A stretch of 64,000 bases of DNA from Candidatus Omnitrophota bacterium (GTDB taxonomy: Bacteria; Omnitrophota; Gorgyraeia; Zapsychrales; Zapsychraceae), in contig JAJDCB010000030.1 in NCBI GenBank assembly GCA_029261065.1, positions 260,876 to 324,875 on the forward strand, written 5' to 3'. How positions within the stretch are numbered: position 1 is the first letter of the stretch; each line of letters begins with the position of its first letter. Shown in pieces: positions 19,253 through 28,375 of this stretch. A model generated the notes under the pieces. The model saw only the letters and a program-made list of their open reading frames with translations. It ran no database searches and was not told the DNA's origin. The position numbers were made by a program, and so were the translations under genes.

Positions 19253-19996
19253 TTAATCTAAACGATTTTTAAATCCTTGCCAAGGAAAGTTATGGCCAGG
19301 GCAATCCGTAATAACACCATGGACCTCGCCATGACGCAATACACGTGAAGTGGGAATGTTGTAGAAATCTTGTAGTTTTTTGACGATATAGTTTAAAGAA
19401 TCAAGTTGTTTCTTGGAAGGGTTTTGATTGTTAAAATTACCTACCAAACAAATGCCTATCGCTTTGGTGTTCATCTCTGATGCCTTACAATGAGCCCCAT
19501 CTTGTTGTTTGATCCAACGCGGTGTGGCCTCAATTTGTCCTTCTTTTCGATCAGAGGAATTATTACTAACAACGAAATGATAACCGATCCCACGATCCCA
19601 GCCACGTTTTAAATGAGCTTTATGAAAAGCTAGAGAGTTACCGACCTCTGTTGCACTATGATGAACAATAATGTAGCGCCACTTCGAAGATGGATATAAT
19701 GAAATAACAGGTTTCGGATCTGTTGCCATAGGAATTTTAATTTGTTGCCCCATCTGTAGGATGGCCCTCTCTGAAATACGATTGGCACGCAAAATTCGTT
19801 TAATAGGAACGTCGTACGTTTTACTGATTCTCCAAAGAGTTTCACCGGGACCAACAACATGATAAATATCTGAGCGTTTAATGGAGGGAGGCGTTGGATC
19901 TTTTGTTACGCGTGGTGTAGGTTTAGGAGCTGTGGCACAAGAACTAAGAAAGACACAAACTAATATTAGGGATAGGGAGTAAATTAATTTTTTCAT
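19253..19996 (-). CDS. LysM domain N-acetylmuramoyl-L-alanine amidase (Amidase_2) lipoprotein
   Basis: Track ORF extends to 20053. The internal ATG at 19996 gives 'MKKLIYSLSLILVCVFLSSC' (lipobox). LysM 'GETLWRISKTYDVPIKRIL'. Amidase_2 'IVHHSATE...GYHFVV...GAHC'. Confidence 0.7.
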   Translation of the reverse strand: MKKLIYSLSLILVCVFLSSCATAPKPTPRVTKDPTPPSIKRSDIYHVVGPGETLWRISKTYDVPIKRILRANRISERAILQMGQQIKIPMATDPKPVISLYPSSKWRYIIVHHSATEVGNSLAFHKAHLKRGWDRGIGYHFVVSNNSSDRKEGQIEATPRWIKQQDGAHCKASEMNTKAIGICLVGNFNNQNPSKKQLDSLNYIVKKLQDFYNIPTSRVLRHGEVHGVITDCPGHNFPWQGFKNRLD

Positions 19997-20098
19997 AAGA
20001 AGTATTTGTTTCTGTAAACACATTATTTTACGCCGGAAAACGAAGCATCGCAAGATTAAATCATGATAAATTAAGTGATTTTAAAGAGTTTGAGGCCA

Positions 20099-21034
20099 TT
20101 AAGACTTAGTTAATAATCGATGAATAACGATCTCCGGCAAGCAATTATATCTAACGGGCAAGCATGAGGCTCCAATACCTCTTGAGGTGTAACCAATCAT
20201 AGGGCCCTCTAACCAACGACCTGAAAAGTATCGGTTTCTATGGGGTGTATTGTGTACTAAGGCGACACCACCAGGCAAACATATTTGTCCTCCATGTGTA
20301 TGCCCACAGAGATATAAGTCTACTTTTGATTCAGCAGCCATTTCAATTAACTCTTGGGAATGGGCTAGAAGTATTTTGGTTTTAGAAGAAAATATATCTT
20401 TCATGGCCGTTTCAAGATTTGCGCAATCATAGAAGTGTTGATCATCAACACCAGCAATGCCAATATTTGCTGAATCACGATTAATAACAATAGATTCATT
20501 GACTAACATTTTTATGCCTATGGCTTCAAGCTCGGGTACCATTTCAATAGAGTCGTGGTTTCCTAAAATGCCGAGAATGGGGTAGTCTGACTGTATGCAT
20601 TCGATAAGTTTTTTAGTATAAATAAGGCAGTCGTTAAATTGACCATAGGTTAGAAAACGATAGTCGCCTGTAATGACACATAAATCGAATTTAAGGTTTT
20701 TAATTGTTGAGATGAGCTTTTTGCCATGATCAAAAATGCCCTCAATATGTAAGTCGGTTAGATGGAGAATTCTAAAGCCATCAAACTCTTTCGGTAAATC
20801 TTTTAAATGTACATCATGGTGAGAGATGTGATATTTAAGCGAGTTTTTAACGCCCCGTTTATAGATGCCTAAAATCTTAAGAAAACAATTGAGAGGACTG
20901 GTTAACCAATTAAGGTTTTCCCAAAAAAGTTTAAATCCGCCTCGAAATTGAAGAACAGAATGAGTCGTTTGGCGTAATAAGCGTTTTTCGAGATGTTCTT
21001 TGGGGAATCTTTTCTTGAGTGTATCGGTGTTCAT
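20099..21034 (-). CDS. Metallophosphoesterase (calcineurin-like)
   Basis: 'LHLTDLHIEG', 'GNHD', 'GHTHGGQI' phosphoesterase motifs. Confidence 0.7.
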   Translation of the reverse strand: MNTDTLKKRFPKEHLEKRLLRQTTHSVLQFRGGFKLFWENLNWLTSPLNCFLKILGIYKRGVKNSLKYHISHHDVHLKDLPKEFDGFRILHLTDLHIEGIFDHGKKLISTIKNLKFDLCVITGDYRFLTYGQFNDCLIYTKKLIECIQSDYPILGILGNHDSIEMVPELEAIGIKMLVNESIVINRDSANIGIAGVDDQHFYDCANLETAMKDIFSSKTKILLAHSQELIEMAAESKVDLYLCGHTHGGQICLPGGVALVHNTPHRNRYFSGRWLEGPMIGYTSRGIGASCLPVRYNCLPEIVIHRLLTKS

Positions 21035-21197
21035 ATTATTGTAATTATTTTAAACGAAAAGGTTTATGATTCAATTATACATTTGGAATAATAAAATTCA
21101 ATGACAAAGCTAGTTCAATGTATTTGCTTATTCAACACAATTAAGTAAGGGAAAAAACCTTTGACCTTTTCTAGGGGAGTCAGTAGAATTGAACCGT

Positions 21198-22106
21198 CTT
21201 ATGAATGCAATCTCCATTACAAATTTGAAAAAAGTATACGCCGATGGTACCGAAGCCCTTAAAGGTATCAATTTAGACGTTGATGCTGGTGATTTTTTTG
21301 CCTTATTAGGAGCGAATGGGGCTGGAAAAACTACTATTATTGGTATTTTAACAGGACTTGTCATTAAAACAGAGGGTCAGGCCCAAATTTTGGGGTTGGA
21401 TGTTGATAAAAATGGCCCTGTCGCTCGCCGTTTAATTGGTGTGGTACCGCAGGAATTTAATTTTAACATGTTTGAAAGGGTAGAAGATATTGTTATCAAT
21501 CAAGCCGGTTATTTTGGCATCGAACGTAAGGTTGCCATTAAAGAATGCGAACGGTTATTAAAGAAATTGGAAATTTGGAATAAAAGGGATGTGCCTTCAC
21601 GTTCTCTTTCAGGAGGAATGAAGAGACGTTTGATGATAGCGCGAGCGTTAGTCAATCGTCCAAAATTGCTAATTCTAGATGAGCCTACCGCGGGTGTTGA
21701 TGTGGAGTTGCGCCACGGGATGTGGGAGTTTTTAAAGGAATTGAATCGAGAAGGAACGACCATTTTATTGACGACGCATTATCTGGAGGAAGTAGAGCAG
21801 ATGTGTCGAAGGGCTGCGATCATCAAGAATGGAGAGATTATTAAAAATGATACTGTGCGCTCTTTACTTAAACTTATTGATGAAGAAACATATATTGTGC
21901 AAGTGGATGATGTAAAGAAAATAAAGGATTTGAATATAGCCCATTTGAAAATCGTTGATGATCATACTTTTGAAGTTGAGTTAAAAAAAGGAGATAAGTT
22001 AAACGATTTGATATTAAAAATGAGTCAGGCGGGTGCTGCCGTTACAGATATTCGTCCCAAAGGAAATCGATTAGAAAAATTGTTCTTAAAAATTTTACAA
22101 CAATGA
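21198..22106 (+). CDS. ABC transporter ATP-binding protein (ABC-2 exporter type)
   Basis: Walker A 'GANGAGKTT', signature 'LSGGMKRRL', Walker B 'LLILDEPT'. Track start 21189 is TTG; ATG at 21198. Confidence 0.8.
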   Translation, partial: LMNAISITNLKKVYADGTEALKGINLDVDAGDFFALLGANGAGKTTIIGILTGLVIKTEGQAQILGLDVDKNGPVARRLIGVVPQEFNFNMFERVEDIVINQAGYFGIERKVAIKECERLLKKLEIWNKRDVPSRSLSGGMKRRLMIARALVNRPKLLILDEPTAGVDVELRHGMWEFLKELNREGTTILLTTHYLEEVEQMCRRAAIIKNGEIIKNDTVRSLLKLIDEETYIVQVDDVKKIKDLNIAHLKIVDDHTFEVELKKGDKLNDLILKMSQAGAAVTDIRPKGNRLEKLFLKILQQ

Positions 22107-22876
22107 CAGCTTACCAAACCTACATAGCCCTATATACAATTGTGCGTAAAGAAGTGGTTCGTTTCTTACGGATTTGGTCGCAGACCTTATTGCCACCCGT
22201 TATTACACAATCTTTATACTTTCTTATATTTGGAAAATTTATTGGATCACGCATTGGAGAGATTAATGGCATAGATTATATGGCCTTTATTGTGCCAGGA
22301 TTAGTCATGATGAGTGTGATTAATAATTCGTTTTCAAATGTTGTCAGTTCCTTCTTTGGATCCAAATTTCAAAGGAATGTTGAAGAGATTCTCGTGTCTT
22401 CCACACCTAATTGGGTCGTTGTTGTCGGTTATGTTATTGGTGGAACATTAAGAGGAATAATCGTTGGAATCCTCGTATTTTTTGTATCATTTTTATTTAC
22501 TAAACCCAGCATTCATCATTTTGGTCTCATTGTTGTTTTTATAGTTTTAACAAGTCTTGTGTTTGCTTTGGCAGGACTATTAAATGCAATTTTTGCTAAG
22601 AAATTTGACGATGTTTCCATTTTTCCAATTTTTATATTGGCTCCGTTAACATATTTAGGTGGTGTCTTTTATTCAATAAACAGTTTACCCAGTTTTTGGC
22701 AACAAATATCAAAATTGAATCCCGTCCTTTATATGGTCAATGGTTTTCGTTATGGATTTTATGGGTTTTCTGATGTGAGTGTTCTGGCTAGTTTCATTAT
22801 ACTGATCTCGTTTACCGCAATATTGGCTTCTTTAAATTTGTATTTACTCAATAAAGGAACAGGTCTTAAAACGTAA
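22103..22876 (+). CDS. ABC-2 family transporter permease
   Basis: 6-TM protein overlapping the ATPase stop by 4 nt (ATGA). Confidence 0.7.
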   Translation: MTAYQTYIALYTIVRKEVVRFLRIWSQTLLPPVITQSLYFLIFGKFIGSRIGEINGIDYMAFIVPGLVMMSVINNSFSNVVSSFFGSKFQRNVEEILVSSTPNWVVVVGYVIGGTLRGIIVGILVFFVSFLFTKPSIHHFGLIVVFIVLTSLVFALAGLLNAIFAKKFDDVSIFPIFILAPLTYLGGVFYSINSLPSFWQQISKLNPVLYMVNGFRYGFYGFSDVSVLASFIILISFTAILASLNLYLLNKGTGLKT

Positions 22877-23445
22877 TGATGGCCAATCAAAAGCAAAAAG
22901 ATAAGTCATTTAATGTATTTAAGGCATGGTTTGATGTTCTTTTTAAGCCAGATTCATTTTTTAAAGAGGCTTGTCAGAGAGGACCGAAAATTAATGCTAC
23001 TGTTTTTCTTATAACGGTATTTTTGGTGACAACATTTCTACATTATGTTACGGATTTCTTGTTGTATGAAAATGTTAATTTACTAATAGATGTTTGTTAT
23101 TCTTTTGTGTTGGGAATATTAGGGTTTTTGTTGTATGTGTGCGTTGTTCATCTTGGACTGTTGTTGATAAAAGTGAACTGTAATCTAGGTGATACATTTC
23201 GTATTGCTGCTTTTGCAGAAGGTGTTATTATTTTTGGAATACTACCTAAGGTGGGCGCGTTTATCACTGTTGTGTGGTTTTTTTTGTTGATGTGTTATGG
23301 TTTAACCGAAAAATATAAGTTGCCATTACTTAAGACGATAATTTTGTTGTTGTCTATTTATGCGTTTTTTGGAGCGAACTATTTTATACTAACAAAGACA
23401 GCACCAGCTTTATTAGATCTCATTTTTAATTCGAGTGGGGGTTAA
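22876..23445 (+). CDS. Hypothetical integral membrane protein (Yip1-like topology)
   Basis: Hydrophilic N-terminus followed by ~5 TM helices. TAATG overlap with the permease. Confidence 0.4.
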   Translation: MMANQKQKDKSFNVFKAWFDVLFKPDSFFKEACQRGPKINATVFLITVFLVTTFLHYVTDFLLYENVNLLIDVCYSFVLGILGFLLYVCVVHLGLLLIKVNCNLGDTFRIAAFAEGVIIFGILPKVGAFITVVWFFLLMCYGLTEKYKLPLLKTIILLLSIYAFFGANYFILTKTAPALLDLIFNSSGG

Positions 23446-23467
23446 TCAAAATAAGGGGAGTGATATT

Positions 23468-24088
23468 ATGAGTTTTTATAAAAAAATTCTAAGCATTTGT
23501 GTCATGGGTTTATTGTGCATATATGTCCCTTCGCTTCAAGCTGAGACAATAAAAGGATTGCAGGCTGGAGAGCAGGCAAGTGATTTCACAGCTGTCAATT
23601 ATAAGGGAGAAAAGGTTGTATTTTCTGATTATTACAAAGATGGTCCTGTCGTTTTAATTTTCTATCGGGGTGGTTGGTGTATGTTTTGTAATAAACAATT
23701 ACATGCTTTTCAGCAAAGTATTGAAGAGTTCGAAGAGTTAGGCGTTAAAATTGTGGCGTTAAGTGTTGATCAACAAGATGTTGCTGCAAAATATGTGGCG
23801 GATAAAGAGTTTGATTTTGAAATTATTAGTAATCCTGAGGCAAATATATTGCGTATGTATGATTTGGTGTATGAGGTTCCTCAAGATTTACGAAAAAAAT
23901 ATAAAGAAGAATATAAAATTGACCTTCAAAAGGCCTCAGGGCGAGTTGATGGTATCATAGCGATTCCGGCTACGTATATTGTGGAGCAGGGCGGTCTTAT
24001 CACATTTGCTTATGCCAATGAAGATTATCGCATACGTAAATCACCCCAAGAGATATTGCATATCTTAAAGACAAGTAATGACAAATAA
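23468..24088 (+). CDS. Secreted AhpC/TSA-family redoxin (thioredoxin-fold, CxxC)
   Basis: RBS 'aaggggag' then ATG at 23468 ('MSFYKKILSICVMG...' signal peptide). 'FYRGGWCMFCNKQL' redox motif. Confidence 0.65.
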   Translation: MSFYKKILSICVMGLLCIYVPSLQAETIKGLQAGEQASDFTAVNYKGEKVVFSDYYKDGPVVLIFYRGGWCMFCNKQLHAFQQSIEEFEELGVKIVALSVDQQDVAAKYVADKEFDFEIISNPEANILRMYDLVYEVPQDLRKKYKEEYKIDLQKASGRVDGIIAIPATYIVEQGGLITFAYANEDYRIRKSPQEILHILKTSNDK

Positions 24089-25910
24089 AAAACCGATTTA
24101 TATATTAGGTTTATCCGCCTTTTATCATGATAGCGCGGCCTGTTTAATTAAAGATGGCGAAATTATAGCTGCTGCTCAAGAAGAAAGGTTTACGCGCAAA
24201 AAACATGACGATGCTTTTCCAAAGAAAGCTATCGATTATTGCTTGAAAGAGGCGGGTATTGTCATGGATGATTTAAACTATGTAAGTTTCTATGAAAAGC
24301 CTTTTTTGAAATTTGAAAGATTATTGATAAACTACTTATCATTTGCCCCGTTTGGTATTTTATCTTTCCTTAAAGCCTTACCCATATGGTTGAAAACCAA
24401 ACTATTTTTAAAAGATTACATCCAAAAAGAATTAAGGTTCTCAGGTGAAATCATTTTTCCAGAACATCATGAGTCCCATGCGGCATCTGCTTTTTATCCA
24501 TCACCCTTTAAAGAGGCGGCTATCTTAACGATGGATGGTGTTGGCGAGTGGACGACAACGAGTATAGGTGTGGGTCGAGCTAATGAGTTAGAGTTATTGT
24601 GTGAAACAAAGTTTCCTCATTCAATAGGTTTGCTTTATTCGGCATTTACCTATTACTGTGGGTTTCGTGTTAATTCAGGAGAATATAAATTGATGGGCTT
24701 AGCCCCTTATGGGGAGCCGAAATATGTGGATATTATCAAAAAAGAATTAATCGATATTAAGGCGGATGGTTCCTTTAAATTGAATATGTCTTATTTTAAT
24801 TATTGTGTGGGTTTAACGATGACGAATAGAAAGTTTGATGAATTGTTTGGTGAGAAACCAAGAGGCCCTGAAACGAAATTGAATCAGCATCATATGGATA
24901 TGGCGCGTTCCATTCAAGAGGTTACTGAGGAGATTATGATTAAGATGGCCAATCACGCATGTGAATTGACTGGATTAACAAATCTTTGCCTAGCTGGTGG
25001 GGTTGCTCTAAATTGTGTGGGTAATGGTCGTATATTAAGAGAAAGCAAGATGGAGAATGTTTGGATTCAACCAGCGGCAGGAGATGCGGGTGGTGCTTTG
25101 GGGGCTGCGTTGATGGTGTGGTATCGGTATCTTGAGAATGATCGAGATGGCGATGAGGTTAATGATAGACAAAAGGGGACATATTTGGGGCCTTGTTATT
25201 CTCAAACAGAAGTTCAAAAATTTGTGGATGAAAAAAAACTGCCTTATGAAAAGTTAAATGATGAGCAGCTATCAGAAAAAGTTGCCGAATTACTGGATTC
25301 TGAAAATGTGATTGGTTTATTTCAAGGGCGTATGGAATTTGGTCCTCGTGCCTTGGGGGCGCGAAGCATTATTGGTGATGCTCGTTCAACTAAGATGCAG
25401 GAAATCATGAATTTGAAAATCAAATTCCGTGAATCGTTTAGACCATTTGCCCCCAGTGTTTTAAAAGAAAGGGCAGGTGATTTTTTCAAACTTAAAGGGG
25501 AGAGTCCCTACATGCTTTTAGTTGCGGATGTAAACGATGAGAAGCTTATAGAAACTGAGGACAAGCAAAGCGCTGAAGGGCTTGATAAGCTTAAGATTAA
25601 GCGTTCGGTTATTCCTGCGATAACACATGTTGATAACTCAGCGCGCATTCAAACGGTTGATGAGAAAACGAATCCGCTTTATTATAAAATTATTCATGCG
25701 TTTTATCAAAAGACACAATGTCCGGTTATCATCAATACATCTTTTAATATCCGAGGAGAACCGATTGTTTGTACTCCAGAAGATGCCTATCGATGTTTTA
25801 TGGTTACCAATATGGACTATTTGGTTGTAAATAATCTTTTATTTGAAAAACAAAAACAGCCGAACAAAGATCAATTTCGTAAAGATGACATATCAACAAT
25901 TTTAGATTAG
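24078..25910 (+). CDS. Carbamoyltransferase (NodU/CmcH family)
   Basis: 'IYILGLSAFYHDSAACLIKDGEIIAAAQEERFTRKKHD' N-terminal Kae1/YgjD-like fold, C-terminal carbamoyltransferase domain; 610 aa. Confidence 0.8.
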   Translation: MTNKKPIYILGLSAFYHDSAACLIKDGEIIAAAQEERFTRKKHDDAFPKKAIDYCLKEAGIVMDDLNYVSFYEKPFLKFERLLINYLSFAPFGILSFLKALPIWLKTKLFLKDYIQKELRFSGEIIFPEHHESHAASAFYPSPFKEAAILTMDGVGEWTTTSIGVGRANELELLCETKFPHSIGLLYSAFTYYCGFRVNSGEYKLMGLAPYGEPKYVDIIKKELIDIKADGSFKLNMSYFNYCVGLTMTNRKFDELFGEKPRGPETKLNQHHMDMARSIQEVTEEIMIKMANHACELTGLTNLCLAGGVALNCVGNGRILRESKMENVWIQPAAGDAGGALGAALMVWYRYLENDRDGDEVNDRQKGTYLGPCYSQTEVQKFVDEKKLPYEKLNDEQLSEKVAELLDSENVIGLFQGRMEFGPRALGARSIIGDARSTKMQEIMNLKIKFRESFRPFAPSVLKERAGDFFKLKGESPYMLLVADVNDEKLIETEDKQSAEGLDKLKIKRSVIPAITHVDNSARIQTVDEKTNPLYYKIIHAFYQKTQCPVIINTSFNIRGEPIVCTPEDAYRCFMVTNMDYLVVNNLLFEKQKQPNKDQFRKDDISTILD

Positions 25911-25922
25911 AGTTTAAGGGTT

Positions 25923-26471
25923 ATGACTAAAGAAGAAAAATATAATTTGTACGTGTTTGGATATGGGTTAAGCCTCATTATTCCCTATTTAATGTTTTTT
26001 AAATCGCTGCATCTAGGATTTAGCTTTAGGATGCTACTCGTTTTGTTAACGGGTTTTGGATTGGTGCTTTTTTGTGTTACAAAGATTTCTAATCTTAAGC
26101 CGATAGTTAATAGCTGGATTTTTATTGTTCATGCCTTTATCCTTTTTTCAGGAGCAACTGGTCGTTTTGGAATAGTTGCTATTGGTTTAGTTGTTTGTGT
26201 TAGCATGATTCTCGCTGTAACAATTTATCAAGTTGAGCGTCTTAAACCTATTTATTTGGGATGGATGAAAGTGGCTCAGGGGATTGGGGCAATTATAACA
26301 AGTTTTATTTTATGTATTGTCTACTATACATTGTTTGCATTTGTAGGTATTATTTTAAGAGTATTAAAAAAAGATTTATTGGATCGTTATCAGAATAAAG
26401 AAGTTGAATCGTATTGGATTACAAGAGAATCGATACCTTTTAAGAAAGAGAATTATACAAAGCAGTTTTAA
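25923..26471 (+). CDS. SxtJ-like small membrane protein (partner of carbamoyltransferase)
   Basis: ~180 aa, 4 TM. Conserved position immediately after the carbamoyltransferase and before a DUF5989-type mini-protein. Confidence 0.45.
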   Translation: MTKEEKYNLYVFGYGLSLIIPYLMFFKSLHLGFSFRMLLVLLTGFGLVLFCVTKISNLKPIVNSWIFIVHAFILFSGATGRFGIVAIGLVVCVSMILAVTIYQVERLKPIYLGWMKVAQGIGAIITSFILCIVYYTLFAFVGIILRVLKKDLLDRYQNKEVESYWITRESIPFKKENYTKQF

Positions 26472-26483
26472 TGGGGGCGTAAG

Positions 26484-26642
26484 ATGTCAAAAATTTCTAT
26501 TTTGAAAGAATTTTGGGATTTTTTAAGGGAGCGAAAACGGTTTTGGTTGATGCCAATATTTCTGGTTCTCATCCTTTTAAGTCTACTTATTGTCTTTACA
26601 CAGGGGTCTTCGGTTGCACCGTTCATTTATACGTTGTTTTAG
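26484..26642 (+). CDS. DUF5989-like 52-aa membrane mini-protein (absent from the ORF track)
   Basis: ATG 12 nt after the SxtJ-like stop. 'MSKISILKEFWDFLRERKRFWLMPIFLVLILLSLLIVF...' is one amphipathic stretch plus one TM helix, the typical third member of the carbamoyltransferase trio. Confidence 0.55.
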   Translation: MSKISILKEFWDFLRERKRFWLMPIFLVLILLSLLIVFTQGSSVAPFIYTLF

Positions 26643-26840
26643 TCTGAGAAATTGCTTCACACTGCGCTCATTTGTGTGGTAAACAATCTCTAGGTTACTT
26701 AAATGTATATCATTTTGAGTTTTTTCATATTGCAGTTATCTATAATAGGCAGCGGTACTTACAGTTCAATAAGATTTTTTTGAGCTTAAATAGCTATTTA
26801 CTCAAACGAGATTCTTTTGATGTAAGGTTTAGTCTTGTTG

Positions 26841-26849
26841 TGGTATAAT
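26841..26849 (+). promoter_or_regulatory. Extended -10 promoter element (TGgTATAAT) upstream of 26893..27489
   Basis: 'tggtataat' at 26841..26849, then AAGGAG RBS at 26881..26886 and ATG at 26893. Confidence 0.4.
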
Positions 26850-26892
26850 GTCTTCAGAAATAAGTCGCCACATCTAAAAAAAGGAGCTTCAT

Positions 26893-27489
26893 ATGTTAAA
26901 GAAAGTTTCGCAATATTTCATTATTAGTTGTTTTGTTTTAGGTTTATGTTTATCCTTTAATATTGGTGAAGCCAATGTTGCCGGGACACCCGCTGTTTAT
27001 AAAGTTTATTTGAAAAAACTTGCTGTTGGCAAGGTGGGTGCGGGACAGATAATATCTCTTTTTAAAGATAAGTATATTGAATTAGATATTGCATCAAACT
27101 CGTTTAATGCAGATTTAAATAATTATATAAAAAGTGTTAGCATCCCAAGCGGAAATTATGATTTTATGCATGTTGAGTATTACACAACTTATATTGTTAA
27201 GGGGATTGTGTATAAGGCTGGGAGGACATATTACACAGCAGCTGGTGGAACGAAGCATGTCGCAGGGAATATTACGGATGTGAGTAAGCTTCCAGGATAT
27301 GATGAGATGCAAGTTGAAATAGGACAGTTTGAAAATAGTTTTGAGACTGACCGTTTTCCAATTCCTATTGTTGGTAAAGGACAACCTCTTAAGTTAAGTG
27401 TAAATGTTAATCTTCAGGGTACATTAGTATTGGATGGTTCTGAGATTATTCCGGATGAGGATATAAGTTCTTCAGTTTTTCAGCTTTAA
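26893..27489 (+). CDS. Hypothetical secreted protein
   Basis: Signal peptide 'MLKKVSQYFIISCFVLGLCLSF'. No recognisable catalytic motif. Strong RBS. Confidence 0.6.
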   Translation: MLKKVSQYFIISCFVLGLCLSFNIGEANVAGTPAVYKVYLKKLAVGKVGAGQIISLFKDKYIELDIASNSFNADLNNYIKSVSIPSGNYDFMHVEYYTTYIVKGIVYKAGRTYYTAAGGTKHVAGNITDVSKLPGYDEMQVEIGQFENSFETDRFPIPIVGKGQPLKLSVNVNLQGTLVLDGSEIIPDEDISSSVFQL

Positions 27490-27567
27490 TAAGAACCATT
27501 GTTTGATTACCAACCTATCCTATAGTTAGGCCAATCAAAAATAACAGAGATTATAAGCGATTTTATT

Positions 27568-28323
27568 ATGCAGATTATTTCATGGAACGTGAATGGAATC
27601 CGTGCAGCACTTAAGAAAGGCTTTGTTGATTTCGTTCAAAAACAAAATCCTGATATTATCTGTGTTGGTGAAACAAAAGCTCCTGCCGGTGGAATGACAA
27701 TAGAAATAGAGGGTTATCATGAATACTGGAATAATGCCGTTAGACCAGGCTATTCCGGTACAGCCATTTTTTCTAAAATAAAACCAAAAACAGTTAATAA
27801 TGATTTGGGCATATCAAAACATGATCAGGAAGGACGCGTTATAACGGCTGAGTATGAGAAGTTTTATCTAGTTAATGTCTATGTTCCTAATTCAAAAAGA
27901 GCTCTTGAACGTTTACCTTATAGGGAGAAAGAGTGGGATGTAGATTTTTTAAAACATGTGAAAAAATTAGAGAAAAAAAAGCCTGTGATATTTTGTGGAG
28001 ATCTTAACGTCGCACATAAGGAGATCGATTTAAAAAATCCTAAGGGCAATGAAAAAAATCATGGATTTACTCCCCAGGAGAGAAAGGGGTTTGATAATAT
28101 TGTTAGCGCAGGGTTTATCGATACTTTTAGAGAGTTTAATAAAGATGGTGGGCATTATACGTGGTGGAGTCCAATGAATAAATGTCGAGCAAGAAATATT
28201 GGTTGGCGTATTGACTATGTCTGTATGTCTGAAAAATTAAAAGCAAAGCTTAAAAAGGCTTTTATTTTGAATGATGTGATGGGTTCTGATCATTGTCCTG
28301 TTGGTATCGAATTGAGCAATTGA
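27568..28323 (+). CDS. xth: Exodeoxyribonuclease III (AP endonuclease, EEP family)
   Basis: '[13 protein letters not shown]' N-terminus, 'DHCPV' C-terminal motif, 251 aa. Confidence 0.85.
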   Translation: MQIISWNVNGIRAALKKGFVDFVQKQNPDIICVGETKAPAGGMTIEIEGYHEYWNNAVRPGYSGTAIFSKIKPKTVNNDLGISKHDQEGRVITAEYEKFYLVNVYVPNSKRALERLPYREKEWDVDFLKHVKKLEKKKPVIFCGDLNVAHKEIDLKNPKGNEKNHGFTPQERKGFDNIVSAGFIDTFREFNKDGGHYTWWSPMNKCRARNIGWRIDYVCMSEKLKAKLKKAFILNDVMGSDHCPVGIELSN

Positions 28324-28375
28324 TCTATTTTCTAACTGTAAGAATCAACGATCTTTTATTGTTATCCAACTTTGT

